48,052 nt of DNA, taken from positions 106,831,104 to 106,879,155 of the forward strand of contig NC_068985.1 in NCBI RefSeq assembly GCF_001194135.2. The letters run 5' to 3'. The notes beneath the pieces were generated by a model, which saw nothing but the letters and a program-made list of their open reading frames with translations, made no database searches and had not been told where the DNA came from. This document shows positions 27,210-39,196 of this stretch, piece after piece (within the stretch, counting starts at the first letter, position 1; the number at the start of each line of letters is the position of its first letter). Source of the DNA: Octopus bimaculoides (lineage: Eukaryota). The translations under genes were made by a program, and so were the position numbers.

Positions 27210-27327
27210 CAAAGGGCTTAGCCCTGTGAACATATCAGACTCTAAAGCCGAAGACATATGTAACTCTTCGCTTCCCTTGTATTTGACTTTAGAGTCTGAT
27301 AAGGCTTTCAAAGGGCTAAGCCCTTTG
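27210..27327. repeat. Inverted repeat with nested palindromes
   Basis: Arms ~27210-27250 and ~27284-27327. Perfect 15-bp core tatcagactctaaag / ctttagagtctgata. Each arm carries its own palindrome (agggct-t-agccct; caaagggct-a-agccctttg). Confidence 0.85.
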
Positions 27328-28419
27328 TGAATGCAAGACCATTGGTCACTCTATGACCTGACATAGACTTAAATACTTACAAATACATTACTGTTCTATG
27401 CTTTAGAGTGTGCTTCTTTTTCAGATATATGATACATTGAGGATATTTATATATGGATATATAAGGAGGTGGGTATGCATGAATGTTGATATTCCAAGCT
27501 TATCACCACTTGAGCAAAATTGTGATGATCTTGACATGATGATTGGCTGTACTGTGTTTTCAAAGACATCTGATATAAAAAAAAATCCCCTATTTGAAAA
27601 AGGTATGGGTTGGCAACAGGAAGAAAATCAAAATCCAGCCATAAAATCTTGCTTCAAATAACTCCCTGAAAAACCAATGCTAGCATGGAAAACAGATGTT
27701 AAATATATCACATAGTAACATTATGTCACAGTGTGTGTGTGTATTTTAGTATATGTCAATGAGTGCATATATGCGTTACTCTGGATGGATGTAAATGCTA
27801 CAATGTGTGTGTTTGCTATGGTAGCACAGGCTAGCACTGAACCAACCATCAATCAGAAAGGTCTCCACATCCAAGATAGTTCTGACAAGAACAAAAATAA
27901 AGAGGCTTTAGTGGCTGCAGGTGGATACACCATACTCCTACTCCAGACACACACTTAGCCTTGAAATAAAAATCCTTCAGAATGTATGCCTGTATGTATA
28001 TGCATGTACGCCTGTGTGTGTGTGTAGTAGTAGTAGTAGTAGTAGTAGAAGTAGTAGTAGAGGAATCAACATAGACATGTTGCAAAACTGTAGGTATGTA
28101 TATGTGTGCTAAAGGAATCTAGGTAGACATATTGCAAAATTGTAGTACCACTACTGCTTGATTGCACAGGTTTTGTTACAAGGTTTCACTGAGATGTGCC
28201 TATGTGTAAAGAGACAGAAGTGGGGAGATGAAAGCTGCAAAAAAAAAAAATAATAATGATTTCTAATATAGGCACAAGGTCACATATTTTAGATAGAGTA
28301 TAATCAATTAAATCAACTCCATTGAGTGGTACTTAATAATAATAATAAATTTTAATATTAATAATAATAATTTTTTATATTAATTTTTTCTGAAACATTC
28401 CAATTTAGTAGGAGTATTA

Positions 28420-28437
28420 CTAGTAGTGGTGGTGGTG

Positions 28438-28527
<90 letters not shown>

Positions 28528-28740
28528 AGAATGATAGATCTTGTCCTAACCCCCATGTGACAGTGGGGTGTTGAGGGTGTGAGGAAATTGAATCTAGCTA
28601 GACATATTGTAAAATGGTAGTTCTGCTAGATTCCATTCTTATGAGAGCTGTAGAATGGTTTATTTCTGCTAAGTCTGAGATGGTGAGAAGTGAGGATATA
28701 TGGGTGTAAGAGGAATAAATGATGATGATGACGAAGATAG

Positions 28741-28781
<41 letters not shown>

Positions 28782-28785
28782 TAGT
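28420..28785. repeat. (GGT)n/(AGT)n and (GAT)n trinucleotide tracts
   Basis: Read directly at ~28425-28507 and ~28720-28780; explains poly-His/Asp/Ser ORFs 28626, 28669 and 28700. Confidence 0.95.
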
Positions 28786-30649
28786 TTCGAAAGGGTGTGA
28801 GGTGGAGAACACTCCATGTTTGCCAGAAATTGATTTACAGACATTTGTAATATTGGTGAGAGCAGCAACAGCAGCAGTAATAGTATTATAAACAGTAGTA
28901 GCAGCAGCTCTGTTTAATGTGTGTAGTGCTGCTGCTGTTGTTTCTGCTGCTGGTGATGGTAGTGATAGCAGCATTAAGAGAATGTCGTAGAGGCTGCTTT
29001 CACTGGTAAAGATTTGGTAGAATAATAACGATCACATGCACATTTCCACCACCACATATCAATACCAAACATACACTACCACCAAAACCACACACTATAC
29101 ATCACACAATCATTTCTGTCTTATACTACACCACTATCTTTATGAATAACCCCACTAACCTACACAACCTACACCCTAGCAGCAATTACACATCACCAAT
29201 ACCATTAAATCGCACATCACCAACATCATATATTCACACTACTACCATTACTGCAGCAGCAGAACTACACATTAACATGACCACCAATACCATATACTAC
29301 ACACCACTAGTATTACATACTATTAAACTACACATTGCCAATGATACCATACACTATGGGAGCCATTACTTGGTCATTCAACCTGCTAAAAATTACAGTC
29401 AAATTTTCTTTTAACATGACACACCTGCTGATTTCAAAAAGGATGCACTGAATGATGTAGGTCTAGATACATGTCTTAAAACAGAGGTGGTCACAACTAC
29501 AATTGCCCTTTTTCATTAATCAGCTCATTCAAAACTAATCCACAGCTAAATGACTATTCAACACTACCATTGTCACTATCATGCAATATACATTATCACC
29601 AGCACCACAATGTAGTACACAACCCAATCACCATACATTACACGACAGTCTATTATCTCTACCGGTACAACTACAGTATCATACACTATGCAACACTACC
29701 ACAATATATACATCACTACTATAATATTCTCCACATCACAGGCATAAATATCCTTATTATTTAATATACACCTATACACTACAAAGCACTATATAAGAGA
29801 CCACTAGACACAACGTATTAATGAAGGCCCCATGAATTCACTCAAATCCCACCATATCATCTTACAAAAAAGGCACAGTTCTAGATACACTGTGTCAATA
29901 AAATTTGGATGGTCAGCGCTCTAAACCCTTTACTCATAAATCTGGTTAATCTAGGCTGGCCTAGGTTAAGCAACAACACACATTTAAGAAATCATGCCAC
30001 ACCACCATTACCATATACTTTAGAAATTCTAGTAACATATTTTCCTACACCATATACTATACATTAATACATACTATATAACAGCATATACTATTTACCA
30101 CCTCTACCACCATCATTACCAAATATGCCATGTAACAGCTTAACAATACAGCTGAGCATGGTTGAATGAGTGAGATATAGATAGTATCTGAATGGTTGGT
30201 TGGTAACAGTTTCTTAGACATGCTCTCAAGGTCTAAAAAATTTTGTATGGTATAGGTGAGGAGAAATGATTAAGCTGAAATAATCGTGCCTTTCACAAAA
30301 AAATTTACATCACAACAAGAAAATGTAAATATCAATGTTTGTTTAATATTATTCTGACACACTAAAATACTAGAAATGATACAAATTATTATATCTCTGC
30401 TCTGAAATTTGAAGTATTGATGCTATGTTAAGATATATCGTAGACACAGTTCACATTATATGTCCATTTTCCAAGCATTGATAAGTTTGACAGGTCATCA
30501 TAATTCAGATCATTTCTTATTCTAAGGTACTACTGTCCAAGACTAGTCAGAGGATGACATTTTAATAATACCTTCCATTTTTGGCTTGGTTTCTATGACA
30601 GGATGCCCTTCCTAACAACAACCACTTTACAGATTTTTTTGTGTGTGTG

Positions 30650-30680
<31 letters not shown>

Positions 30681-30898
30681 ATGTACACACACACACACAC
30701 ACACTAATCCTTACCTGTTTTTGAAGTAAGAGATAACTTCAAAGGTGCAAAGCCAGTGGACAACTTGTTGACAGAGGAAATGACAACATAACCACCCATA
30801 GTTAAGTATTCTTCAGAGAAATGTGATTGTAAACATACATTCTAACACATACATAGATATACACACACACACACACAAACACGTGTGTGGATGCATGC

Positions 30899-30936
<38 letters not shown>

Positions 30937-30950
30937 ATACATACAGATAT

Positions 30951-31675
30951 TCATCCAGGAAGATCAACATTATTGCAACTTCTTGCAATATGTAGGCTTG
31001 TTGAAGGTATCAAAAGTCAGAACCTAAGAGTTATCATGCCATTTAGCAAAGCTTTTGACTCAAGCTACCAAATTAAGGTGATGAATATTCTCAAAGCATT
31101 TGGTATCCCAGATGTCATTGTAAAGACAGTCAACATTCTCCATAAAGATACCATCACTCAAATTTTATTATCTGAGTTGAAACAGATTTCTTTCAGATCC
31201 AGGCAGGAATACAAGGTCATAACTCTTGCACCTTTTTTGTTCATTGTAGCCTTGGACTACTCATTACAAATTGCAACATCAACTGCAGAAGAATCAAGTT
31301 AGCAAATACTCATCTACAACTATTATTACTGATACAGATTAAGCAGATGACATAAATCTTATTTCTAATACTATCAAAGAAGTTCACCTACTGCTTGATT
31401 GAGTTAAAGCTGCAAAACAGATTGGATTACATGTCAATGAGGGTAAAACTGAATCTATGGTTTTCAGTCAACAAGAACACATTGTAGCATCAAAGAGTGC
31501 AAACTTGAATGTATCTAACTTCAGATATCTGAGATAATGGACAGAAAGCTCAAAGAGAGACAGTGAAGTAAGAATTGAATTGACATGGTGAACAATGAAC
31601 AAGATGTCCCCAATATGGGATTAAAATCTATCTAATGATCTCAAAATAGTCTTTTTTTGTGTGTATGTGCAGAGA
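30951..31675 (+). mobile_element. Degenerate non-LTR RT of a second RTE-like subfamily
   Basis: PGRSTLLQLLAICRLVEGIKSQNL..FSKAFDS..ILKAFGIPD..LAPFLFIVALDY..(Y)ADDI..IGLHVNEGKTESM..FRYL; frameshifts and stops. Confidence 0.8.
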
Positions 31676-32447
31676 TAATAAACTAGTCAATTAAATTTCA
31701 ACAAAGCTGCATTTTCACATTACATTATTTCAAATACTTTCGTATTTTAATCAATCTTCAGGTAAATATTGACATGGTGACAGTAACTACAAGTAGATGT
31801 CATTACTGTGTAGTTAAAGCGAGAAAATGGAAAAACTACTTTATAATAATTTTCAAGTGAATGTTATTTTTAAATGTAATTAAATACAAATATTATTGTC
31901 CATTCAGAACTCATTTGACCTTTTCAAGAAAAACTTACTCTTTTTTTATTTTTTGCCTTCCTTTAGTGAAGGTGCATGGTCTAGAGGTGAGAGTGTTACA
32001 TTCAATATTGTAAGGTCACAATTTCAATTCCTAGACCAAGCAGTATTAAAAAGTGTCACTCGCTAAATATGGCAGGAACCTGCGATCAAGGCAGACTTAG
32101 GAGGACATGGGACAAAGTGGTGAAGGTTCACCTCTGAAATTTGAGCTTCACAGAAGAGATGACAAAAAACCAAGGGGTCTGTTTTCTCAAGAAAACCTGT
32201 CCATCATGACAAAATTGACTTCCAGAAGCACTGTATGTGTATATACTATATGCATATGTGTAATGTGCACAACTGAGCATCTCACTCAAACCATTTGCTT
32301 CCTCACATCGATACCCACCCCCACTACATCTCTCCATTCACCCCTGATACCACTTTTCTTTCTTGCTCTCCACAACCATTTTACTTGTTAGCCATTCATC
32401 CATTAACATCGTTCTGTATACCCAATATTGATCATCCCCTCATCTCC

Positions 32448-32830
32448 TACCACTGAACCATGAGCCTGAATGATGAGGAACTAAAAAGATGAGAAAAATG
32501 AAACAAACATGCTCTACTGGATGTGCTATGTAAGTCTGCATGAAAGAATTGGAACAAAGGTACTGAGTGAAAAACCGAGCATTAGGGAAATCAGTTGTTG
32601 CATGCAAGAAAGAAGACTGCTGATATGGACATATGATGTGTATGAATGAGGCTAGCTGTATAAAGAAGTGCTGGTTGCTAAATGTGGCTGTAACTTGTGG
32701 AAAAGGGAGAACCAGGAAGACATAAAATGAAGTGTTTTAGGCTGACCTCAGCACCATGTGCCTGATGAAGATGACAAAGGACTGGGCTTTCTGGCAATAT
32801 GAGATTCATAAAAAGATCTTTCCTCACCAT
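32448..32830 (+). mobile_element. RTE LINE 3' segment (old copy)
   Basis: Colinear with 22556-22975 (ETW...RLERNE...MCxV...QERRL..GH...GRPRKT). Confidence 0.75.
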
Positions 32831-33204
32831 CGAAACTGAGATCTGATAATGCTATGTATTGTAATCTCTGCCCACGTTATAGTGTTTTATCCTCCTTCTC
32901 TATGTATTAGCCCTGCTTCATCTTCCTGCCACCCAGCTCCTACAGAATACCAACAGTATCATTCTTCTCTTTTGTGTCCTGCCCTGACAACTACATATTT
33001 ACTGCTCTTGCTGCTTGCTCCCCCTTTTCTTCTGCATATCTCTGTCTCCCTGCAACTCCTCCCCATGCAGGCCTACCCATTATACCTTTGCACCCTAAGC
33101 CCTACAAGGGCAGGGAGTGAGATATCTTATGGTTTGTGTCTCCTTTCTCTCTTCAAGTTAAATTCCTATTTGAGCTTTTCTTTAAAATTTTGAACTGCAA
33201 TTTC

Positions 33205-33800
33205 CCACCACAACATATAGTCTGCCCTTCACTGTTAGGGAAAAGGTCCTTATTGTTTGCAGAGCCACCACTCCCACATGCTAATTTCATTTCTTAGGTA
33301 ACACAAAATATCAACTACTCCTAGTGAGCCATCTGGGCATTTAAGAGACTCAATTTCCAACTGCACATGAAGTTTACATTTTTGGATAATCTGCTAGCAA
33401 TTTCACTATATCTTCTGTGTATCCTTATCTTACATGGAATTTATGCCTACTCCTTTTTTTAATATGAAACATGGCTATTTCTCTCATAGTAGCAGGGTCC
33501 TGTCTTCTTTTCTACATCCACTATAGGTTCAGCTATGAGAACTAGATCATCAGCATATATGAGTTCTCAAGGACAGCCAGTTTTAAGCTCCTTCCTGATG
33601 GCATGTAGGACTATAATGATTAGGAGAGGACTGAACCTTATGAACTCCTATCTCCATACCAAATTCATCACTAAAGTCATGGCCAGCTCTCACTTTACTT
33701 GCTGCATACATGTACATAGCTTGAAATGCCCACATAAGCCATTCCTCTATTCTTAGTTTACTCAATGTCCACCAGATTACTGAACATGGTACCCTGTCAA
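33205..33800 (-). mobile_element. RTE LINE RT segment (old copy, minus strand)
   Basis: MSKLRIEEWLMWAFQAMYMYAASKVR..GVH(K/Q)..LKTGCP*ELIC**, a degenerate Cys-finger region, ending at ...FSLTVKGRLYV near 33205. Confidence 0.75.
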
Positions 33801-34483
33801 ATGATTGATTGATGGATTGATTGGTTGACTAATTGATTGAATGGTCGAATAACTGACTGATTGTGTGACAGACAGACAGACATAAAAATATAGATAGAAA
33901 TCACTGTATCACCCAGACTATTGGATGTTGCTATAGACTGCTGGTCACAATGTGCTTCCTCACATTGTAGCTTTCATATATTGCCATCCTGCTGGCAAAG
34001 TGAGCTGGTCAACAGTCACCCTGAAAGGAATGCCAGTCTGCCACAGGGTTAGCCATATTCAGCTAAGTGGACAGAACTAACATGAAATGCTGAATTATAC
34101 TCAAAAACACAACTCGTTACTAGTTGGGAATCAAAACCACAATCTTATGATCATAAGTGCAATAGTGCAGTAGGCCACATACCTTCACACACACAGACAT
34201 AGCCAGGTATACAGATATATATAGAAACACACAGATATAGCCATTTATGTATCACAATGCTTGTAAATTGTTGAAAGGCAAATCACTGGGGTATTTGTCT
34301 GTGTTTCTTCAGCCAAGCAGTAGTTATTCACAATACCAGAGAATGTTTTATTCACTGTTTTCTATAACAGAGGTGACAAATCCCTGATAGGAATGTGGCT
34401 GGCTGTGAATATATATGCATGGGTGTATGTAGGGGTATGTATGTGCATGTGTGTGTATATATGTATGTATATATATCTATGTG

Positions 34484-34517
<34 letters not shown>

Positions 34518-34664
34518 CGCGTGTGTATGTGTGTGTGTATGTATGTATGTATATATACACACACACACACACATGCGCAATAAAGATATTTATAGACAGA
34601 CAGATGTACATATATGAATACGTGTCTTTTTACAAATGTGATCAAACATATAAATCATAAAGAG

Positions 34665-34706
<42 letters not shown>

Positions 34707-34792
34707 NNNNNNNNNNNNNNNNNNNNNNNNNNNNNNNNNNNNNNNNNNNNNNNNNNNNNNNNNNNNNNNNNNNNNNNNNNNNNNNNNNNNNN

Positions 34793-35010
34793 GAAGTCAA
34801 TGCCAGTGTTTCATAACTGGCACTCATACTGGTGGCATGTAATAAGTACCCACTACAATCTTGGAGAGATTGGCATCAGGAAGGGTATCCTGCTGTAGAA
34901 ACCATGCCAAATCAGACTGAAACCTGGTGCAGCTCCCCAGCTTATTAGTTTTCAGTTAAACTGCCCAACCCATGCCAGCATGGAAAACAGATGTTAAATA
35001 ATGATGATGA
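34793..35010 (+). mobile_element. (GAT)n-tailed retroposon 3' half
   Basis: ...aggaagggtatcctgctgtagaaac...ccaacccatgccagcatggaaaacagatgttaaataatgatgatgat. Confidence 0.8.
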
Positions 35011-35134
35011 TATATACACACACACACACACACAAAACTGTTTCACATTCTCCATTTGTCAGACAGTTGTCATACATACGTGTGTGTGTGTGTGTGTGTA
35101 CGTGTGTGTGTGTGTGCGTGTGTGTACGTGTGTG

Positions 35135-35305
35135 AGTGAGTGAATGGCTGCGGGGTAAGAAGCTTGCTTTCCAACCACATGGATCCTGGTTCAGTCCCAC
35201 TGTGTGGCACCTTGGGTAAGAGCCTTCTACTATAGCCTCGACTAAATGCGGTGCTCCAGCATGGCCACATTCAAATGAATGAAACAAGTAAAAGAATAAA
35301 AGAAT
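35135..35305 (+). mobile_element. Internally deleted copy of the 9623 SINE family
   Basis: Head (tggctgcggggtaagaagcttgc...ggttcagtccc...ggcaccttgggtaag) joined at 35238-35240 directly to the tail (actaaatgcggtgctccagcatggcc...gaaacaagtaaaagaataaaag). Confidence 0.85.
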
Positions 35306-35492
35306 ATGTAGATATGTGTGTGTGTGTGTTTGTGTATGTATATATACCATAGTTCATATTTCATGTTGTTTACGTTTTGTGACATTGTGTACCTATATAT
35401 GCATATATATATATACATACATATGTATGCACATATATGTATGTACATATATGTATGTACATAAGCATATATACATATTTTTTATTTATATT

Positions 35493-35572
<80 letters not shown>

Positions 35573-35579
35573 ATATATA

Positions 35580-36821
35580 TTGGGTCATCCCATAAATAAT
35601 GTGGTTTTTTTATACTTCTTTTATTTTTCAAAATTAAGATAAAGTTCTTTTTAAATCTAATATATACACTCCTTCATTTTCTACAATGCTCTTCCATCTA
35701 TCTGGTAGACTTGCAAGGCCTCTCTTCCAAAATTCACTTGTTCATGATAAAAAATACTCCTCCAGCATTGTTCTGACCTCATCTACAGAATTCATAATTT
35801 TTCCATCCAAATGGTTTTGAAGACTACCGAATAAATGATAATCAGATGGGGGAAATGTCCAGCAAATAAGGTGGGTGGGGCATCATTTCCCATTCAAACT
35901 GCTCCAGCCTTTGGAATGTCATCTTTACTGTATGTGGCCAAGCATTATCCTGATTGAAGAACATCTTTCGTCTTGAAACCAAAGATGGTCAATTTTCTTC
36001 TAGCGCTGACTTAAGCTGCTCGCAGTAGATCTCCTTTGTTACTTTTAGGTTTGGGCTTAAAAGTTCAAAGTGGACTAAACCTTTCATATCTCACCAAACA
36101 GATAACAACACCTTATGTGGGTGAAGACCTTCTTCAGTCTGGGGTGCCAATGTTTCTCCTTTCCTTACCCACTGTCTTCGGCACATGACATTTTTATAGA
36201 GAACCCATTTATTGTCACCAGTCACTATTTGGTCCAAAAAAGGTTCATTCGTGCAGCAAAGAAGAGCACACATTCTCTCTTTGCATGCCATTAGACTTGG
36301 AAAGTTTGTGAGGAACCCATTGACCCAATTTGCTGACTTTTCCGATGACGCACAGGTGTTGTATTGATGAATGGTTCAATGACCAAATCCAAGCTTCTCT
36401 GCTAGTTCAACAATTATGATGGGATTTTGTTCCACCAGGGTTTGCAGGACATCCTCGTTGAGCTCTACAAATCTTCCAAGACGAGGCTTGTCTTCTAGAC
36501 TGTAGTTTCTGGCTCAGAATTTCTGGAACCACTGTTGACACTGGCTTACGCATATTGTCCAATCCCCATACACTACATTAATATTCCTCACACTTTTTGT
36601 TGCGTTGTTGTCTTTATTGAACTCATAAAGCCAAATATGCTCCTTTCTCACTTTCATTATAGCTTTGAAAAATTAACTGTTAAAACTTGCACTAAGAATA
36701 AGTACAAATTAAAATTACTACCTGCTTTTATAGCAAGTTGAAGCAGGTAGTAAATCCCATCCCCCTCCAACTTATATTTTATGCAATTGAAAAAAACCGC
36801 ATTATTTATGGGATGACCCAA
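35580..36821 (-). mobile_element. Full-length mariner (DD34D) DNA transposon, 1242 bp
   Basis: 32-bp TIRs ttgggtcatcccataaataatg(t/c)ggttttttt at 35580-35611 and 36790-36821, 1 mismatch; TA on both flanks. Confidence 0.95.
35650..36657 (-). pseudogene. mariner transposase pseudogene
   Basis: MKVRKEHI..LYEFNK, WVPHKL, FLDQIVTGDNKWVLY, LHPHKVLLSVW, QDNAWPH, HPPY..DISP(S)D with 34 residues between D and D; several stops and frameshifts. Confidence 0.9.
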
Positions 36822-36822
36822 T

Positions 36823-36951
36823 ATATATATCATCATCATCGTTTAAGGTCCACTTTCCATGCTAGCATAAGTTGGATGATTTGACTGAGGACTGGCGAAC
36901 CAGATGGCTGCACCAGGCTTCAATCCGATCTGGCAGAGTTTCTACAGCTGG
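36823..36951 (-). mobile_element. (GAT)n-tailed retroposon 3' end, cut by a gap
   Basis: catcatcatcgtttaaggtccactttccatgctagcat...ggcagagtttctacagctgg; antisense to 34890-35010. Confidence 0.8.
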
Positions 36952-36961
36952 NNNNNNNNNN

Positions 36962-36995
<34 letters not shown>

Positions 36996-37057
36996 ATATA
37001 TATATATATATAAAAAAAACAAACTGGTGTAGTTAGTTTTAAAAATCAGTCACTTAC

Positions 37058-37152
37058 CTCTGGCGGAGAGTTTCTTCGTGTTAATAATTTTAGCTGCAAA
37101 TTCCAGTCCTGTAGACTTCTGAACACATCTCCGTACAATTGAGAAAGCTCCC
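37058..37152 (-). CDS. CaMKII: Calcium/calmodulin-dependent protein kinase II, internal coding exon (second coding exon, kinase subdomains I-II)
   Basis: The minus strand reads ttttctag|G GGA GCT TTC TCA ATT GTA CGG AGA TGT GTT CAG AAG TCT ACA GGA CTG GAA TTT GCA GCT AAA ATT ATT AAC ACG AAG AAA CTC TCC GCC AGA G|gtaagtg, i.e. (K)[31 protein letters not shown](D). [13 protein letters not shown] is characteristic of CaMKII. The 95-nt length and phase 2/1 match CaMKII exon 2 as I recall it from other animals. Confidence 0.97.
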
Positions 37153-37186
37153 CTAGAAAAGAAGACAGAGAGAAAATACCAATTAG
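37153..37186 (-). promoter_or_regulatory. 3' splice site of the CaMKII exon (branch point, polypyrimidine tract, AG)
   Basis: Minus strand: ctaat (37186-37182; branch A ~30 nt from the exon), then tggtattttctctctgtcttcttttctag. The donor gtaagt is at 37057-37052. Confidence 0.85.
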
Positions 37187-38009
37187 AAATAATCAGGGAT
37201 AAACCAAAAGGGGTAAAGGCATGACATGGGATTATTTCATTTATTTATTCAAATGTTAGAGACTTTTTGATATATATGCCCTCTTCAGTAGAATGATTGT
37301 ACTTATACATGCATAATACATATATATAGTATATCTACATATGTTTCACCAATCACTCCATTTAACTCGATCATGTCATCCCTTTATCGCTTATACCCCT
37401 TTATCTCTCATCACTCCATGGCCTACAAAGCTCACAAACTATGAATGGCTGTCCCACATACCCCACCATCATTCTACCACTACCCATCCTTCACTAAGCT
37501 TTGGTCCATCATCATCGCTTTACCTGTGCCCATATCCCCTCCATCCATCACTCCACTCACTTCAGTCATCATCATATCATTCATATATATTTCATGTTCA
37601 CCAGTATTCTAAAGTAATGCTGTTTCAAGTGTGTATATTAATTTAATTCAAGCCTGTCTAGTTTTTGCATGTATCAGTAAAACTTTTGTTTGCCAATTTC
37701 TTTATCAGAACAGGCATTTTGGCCTTGGCTTAGAATGTCTAATGTAGTTGTCACTGAGGAAACAAAATCAGGTCAAACCACTATGTCTGGCAATTCACCA
37801 GTGTTCTAAGTTAATGCCCTGTGTTTCTCAGAGGCAAAATGTTACAGCAACTGTCATTCCACATTCGTATCATCATCATTGTTTTCCATAATTACATGGC
37901 TGGATTCCTTTCTTATTGTCACTTGTGTCTAATCAAGGTGATATTTCACCCATAATCAACATTTCCACAATACTAGAAATGAATGATACCTCTTGTATGA
38001 CAGATACAC

Positions 38010-38210
38010 CCACTTACAACTATCTAGTTGTGTCAAGACAAGCAGACACACATACACACACACACAGAGCGGGCTTCTTTCAGTTCCCTTAAACCAAATC
38101 TACTTACAAGTCCTAGTCAGCCTAGGGTTATAAAACACATGCCCAGGGTGCCACAGAATGGAACTATACTCAAAACAATATTGTTTGAAAGCAAACTTCA
38201 CTTGTTATAA
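38010..38210 (-). mobile_element. tRNA-SINE copy, antisense
   Basis: gcgggcttctttcagttccc..accaaatctacttacaag..gcccagggtgccacag is the reverse complement of the 9660-9790 region. Confidence 0.75.
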
Positions 38211-38325
38211 ATGCTGTACAGAGTGGTATTTTAATCTGTTACTGTGTCTAGTGTGTATATTAATGTATGGGTGTACACACATACAGAGTCCATACACATA
38301 AATTTATGGTGCATACACATATATA

Positions 38326-38359
<34 letters not shown>

Positions 38360-38475
38360 NNNNNNNNNNNNNNNNNNNNNNNNNNNNNNNNNNNNNNNNN
38401 NNNNNNNNNNNNNNNNNNNNNNNNNNNNNNNNNNNNNNNNNNNNNNNNNNNNNNNNNNNNNNNNNNNNNNNNNNN

Positions 38476-38518
<43 letters not shown>

Positions 38519-39154
38519 CATACGTGTTGTACATATAGATGTATAGTTGACAACTAATCCTTATATACATTATTGTCCATATGCACAAATTATATAGTAC
38601 ACAAACATATATACCATGTTCATACATGCAAGATGCAAGGTGCCCCCCATCAGTGCCAGCACCACAAAAAAGCACTCAATACTCTATGTGTTTGATATTC
38701 CATTCAGCTCGCAACAATGAGCAACAATGTAGGGCTCTTTAGCATTGCTGAAGGAAAGACAACTTCTATAGCGCAGGTGCCAGAAAAATACACCCAACTA
38801 CAGAAACCATGTAAAAAAACAAGACTTTGGAAAAAGATACAGTCCTCTGATCCACTGAATCCTGTTAAACTAACCTATCCATGCCAACATGGAAATTGGA
38901 TAAAAATGGTGATGATGACATATGTATAGTACACACACACCCCTCCTAACTTTATTGTACATATAAAGCCATAAATATACAGTTACCTTAAGAACAGGCA
39001 TGCTAGTGCGAATACACAGTTTGTGTTCTACCATACTGTCTCAAATTATATCTTACTGCATAATACTTTGGGCAACTATTTTCTACTCTAACCTTGAGTC
39101 AACAAATGTCTTTTGAGTGAAATTGATAAATAAAAACTGTATGGAAGCCTGTTC

Positions 39155-39196
<42 letters not shown>

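Noticed and set aside
36885-36945. Possible editing-complementary sequence for the CaMKII exon (aggactgg)
   Set aside because: Only 8 contiguous nt and part of a common retroposon tail; expected by chance. The nearby tctggc..agagtttct similarity is a direct repeat, not a complement.
37255-37300. Minus-strand ctgaagag-ggcatatatatc-aaaaag, hammerhead-like, near the exon
   Set aside because: Stem II does not pair and there is no GAAA or cleavage-site geometry.
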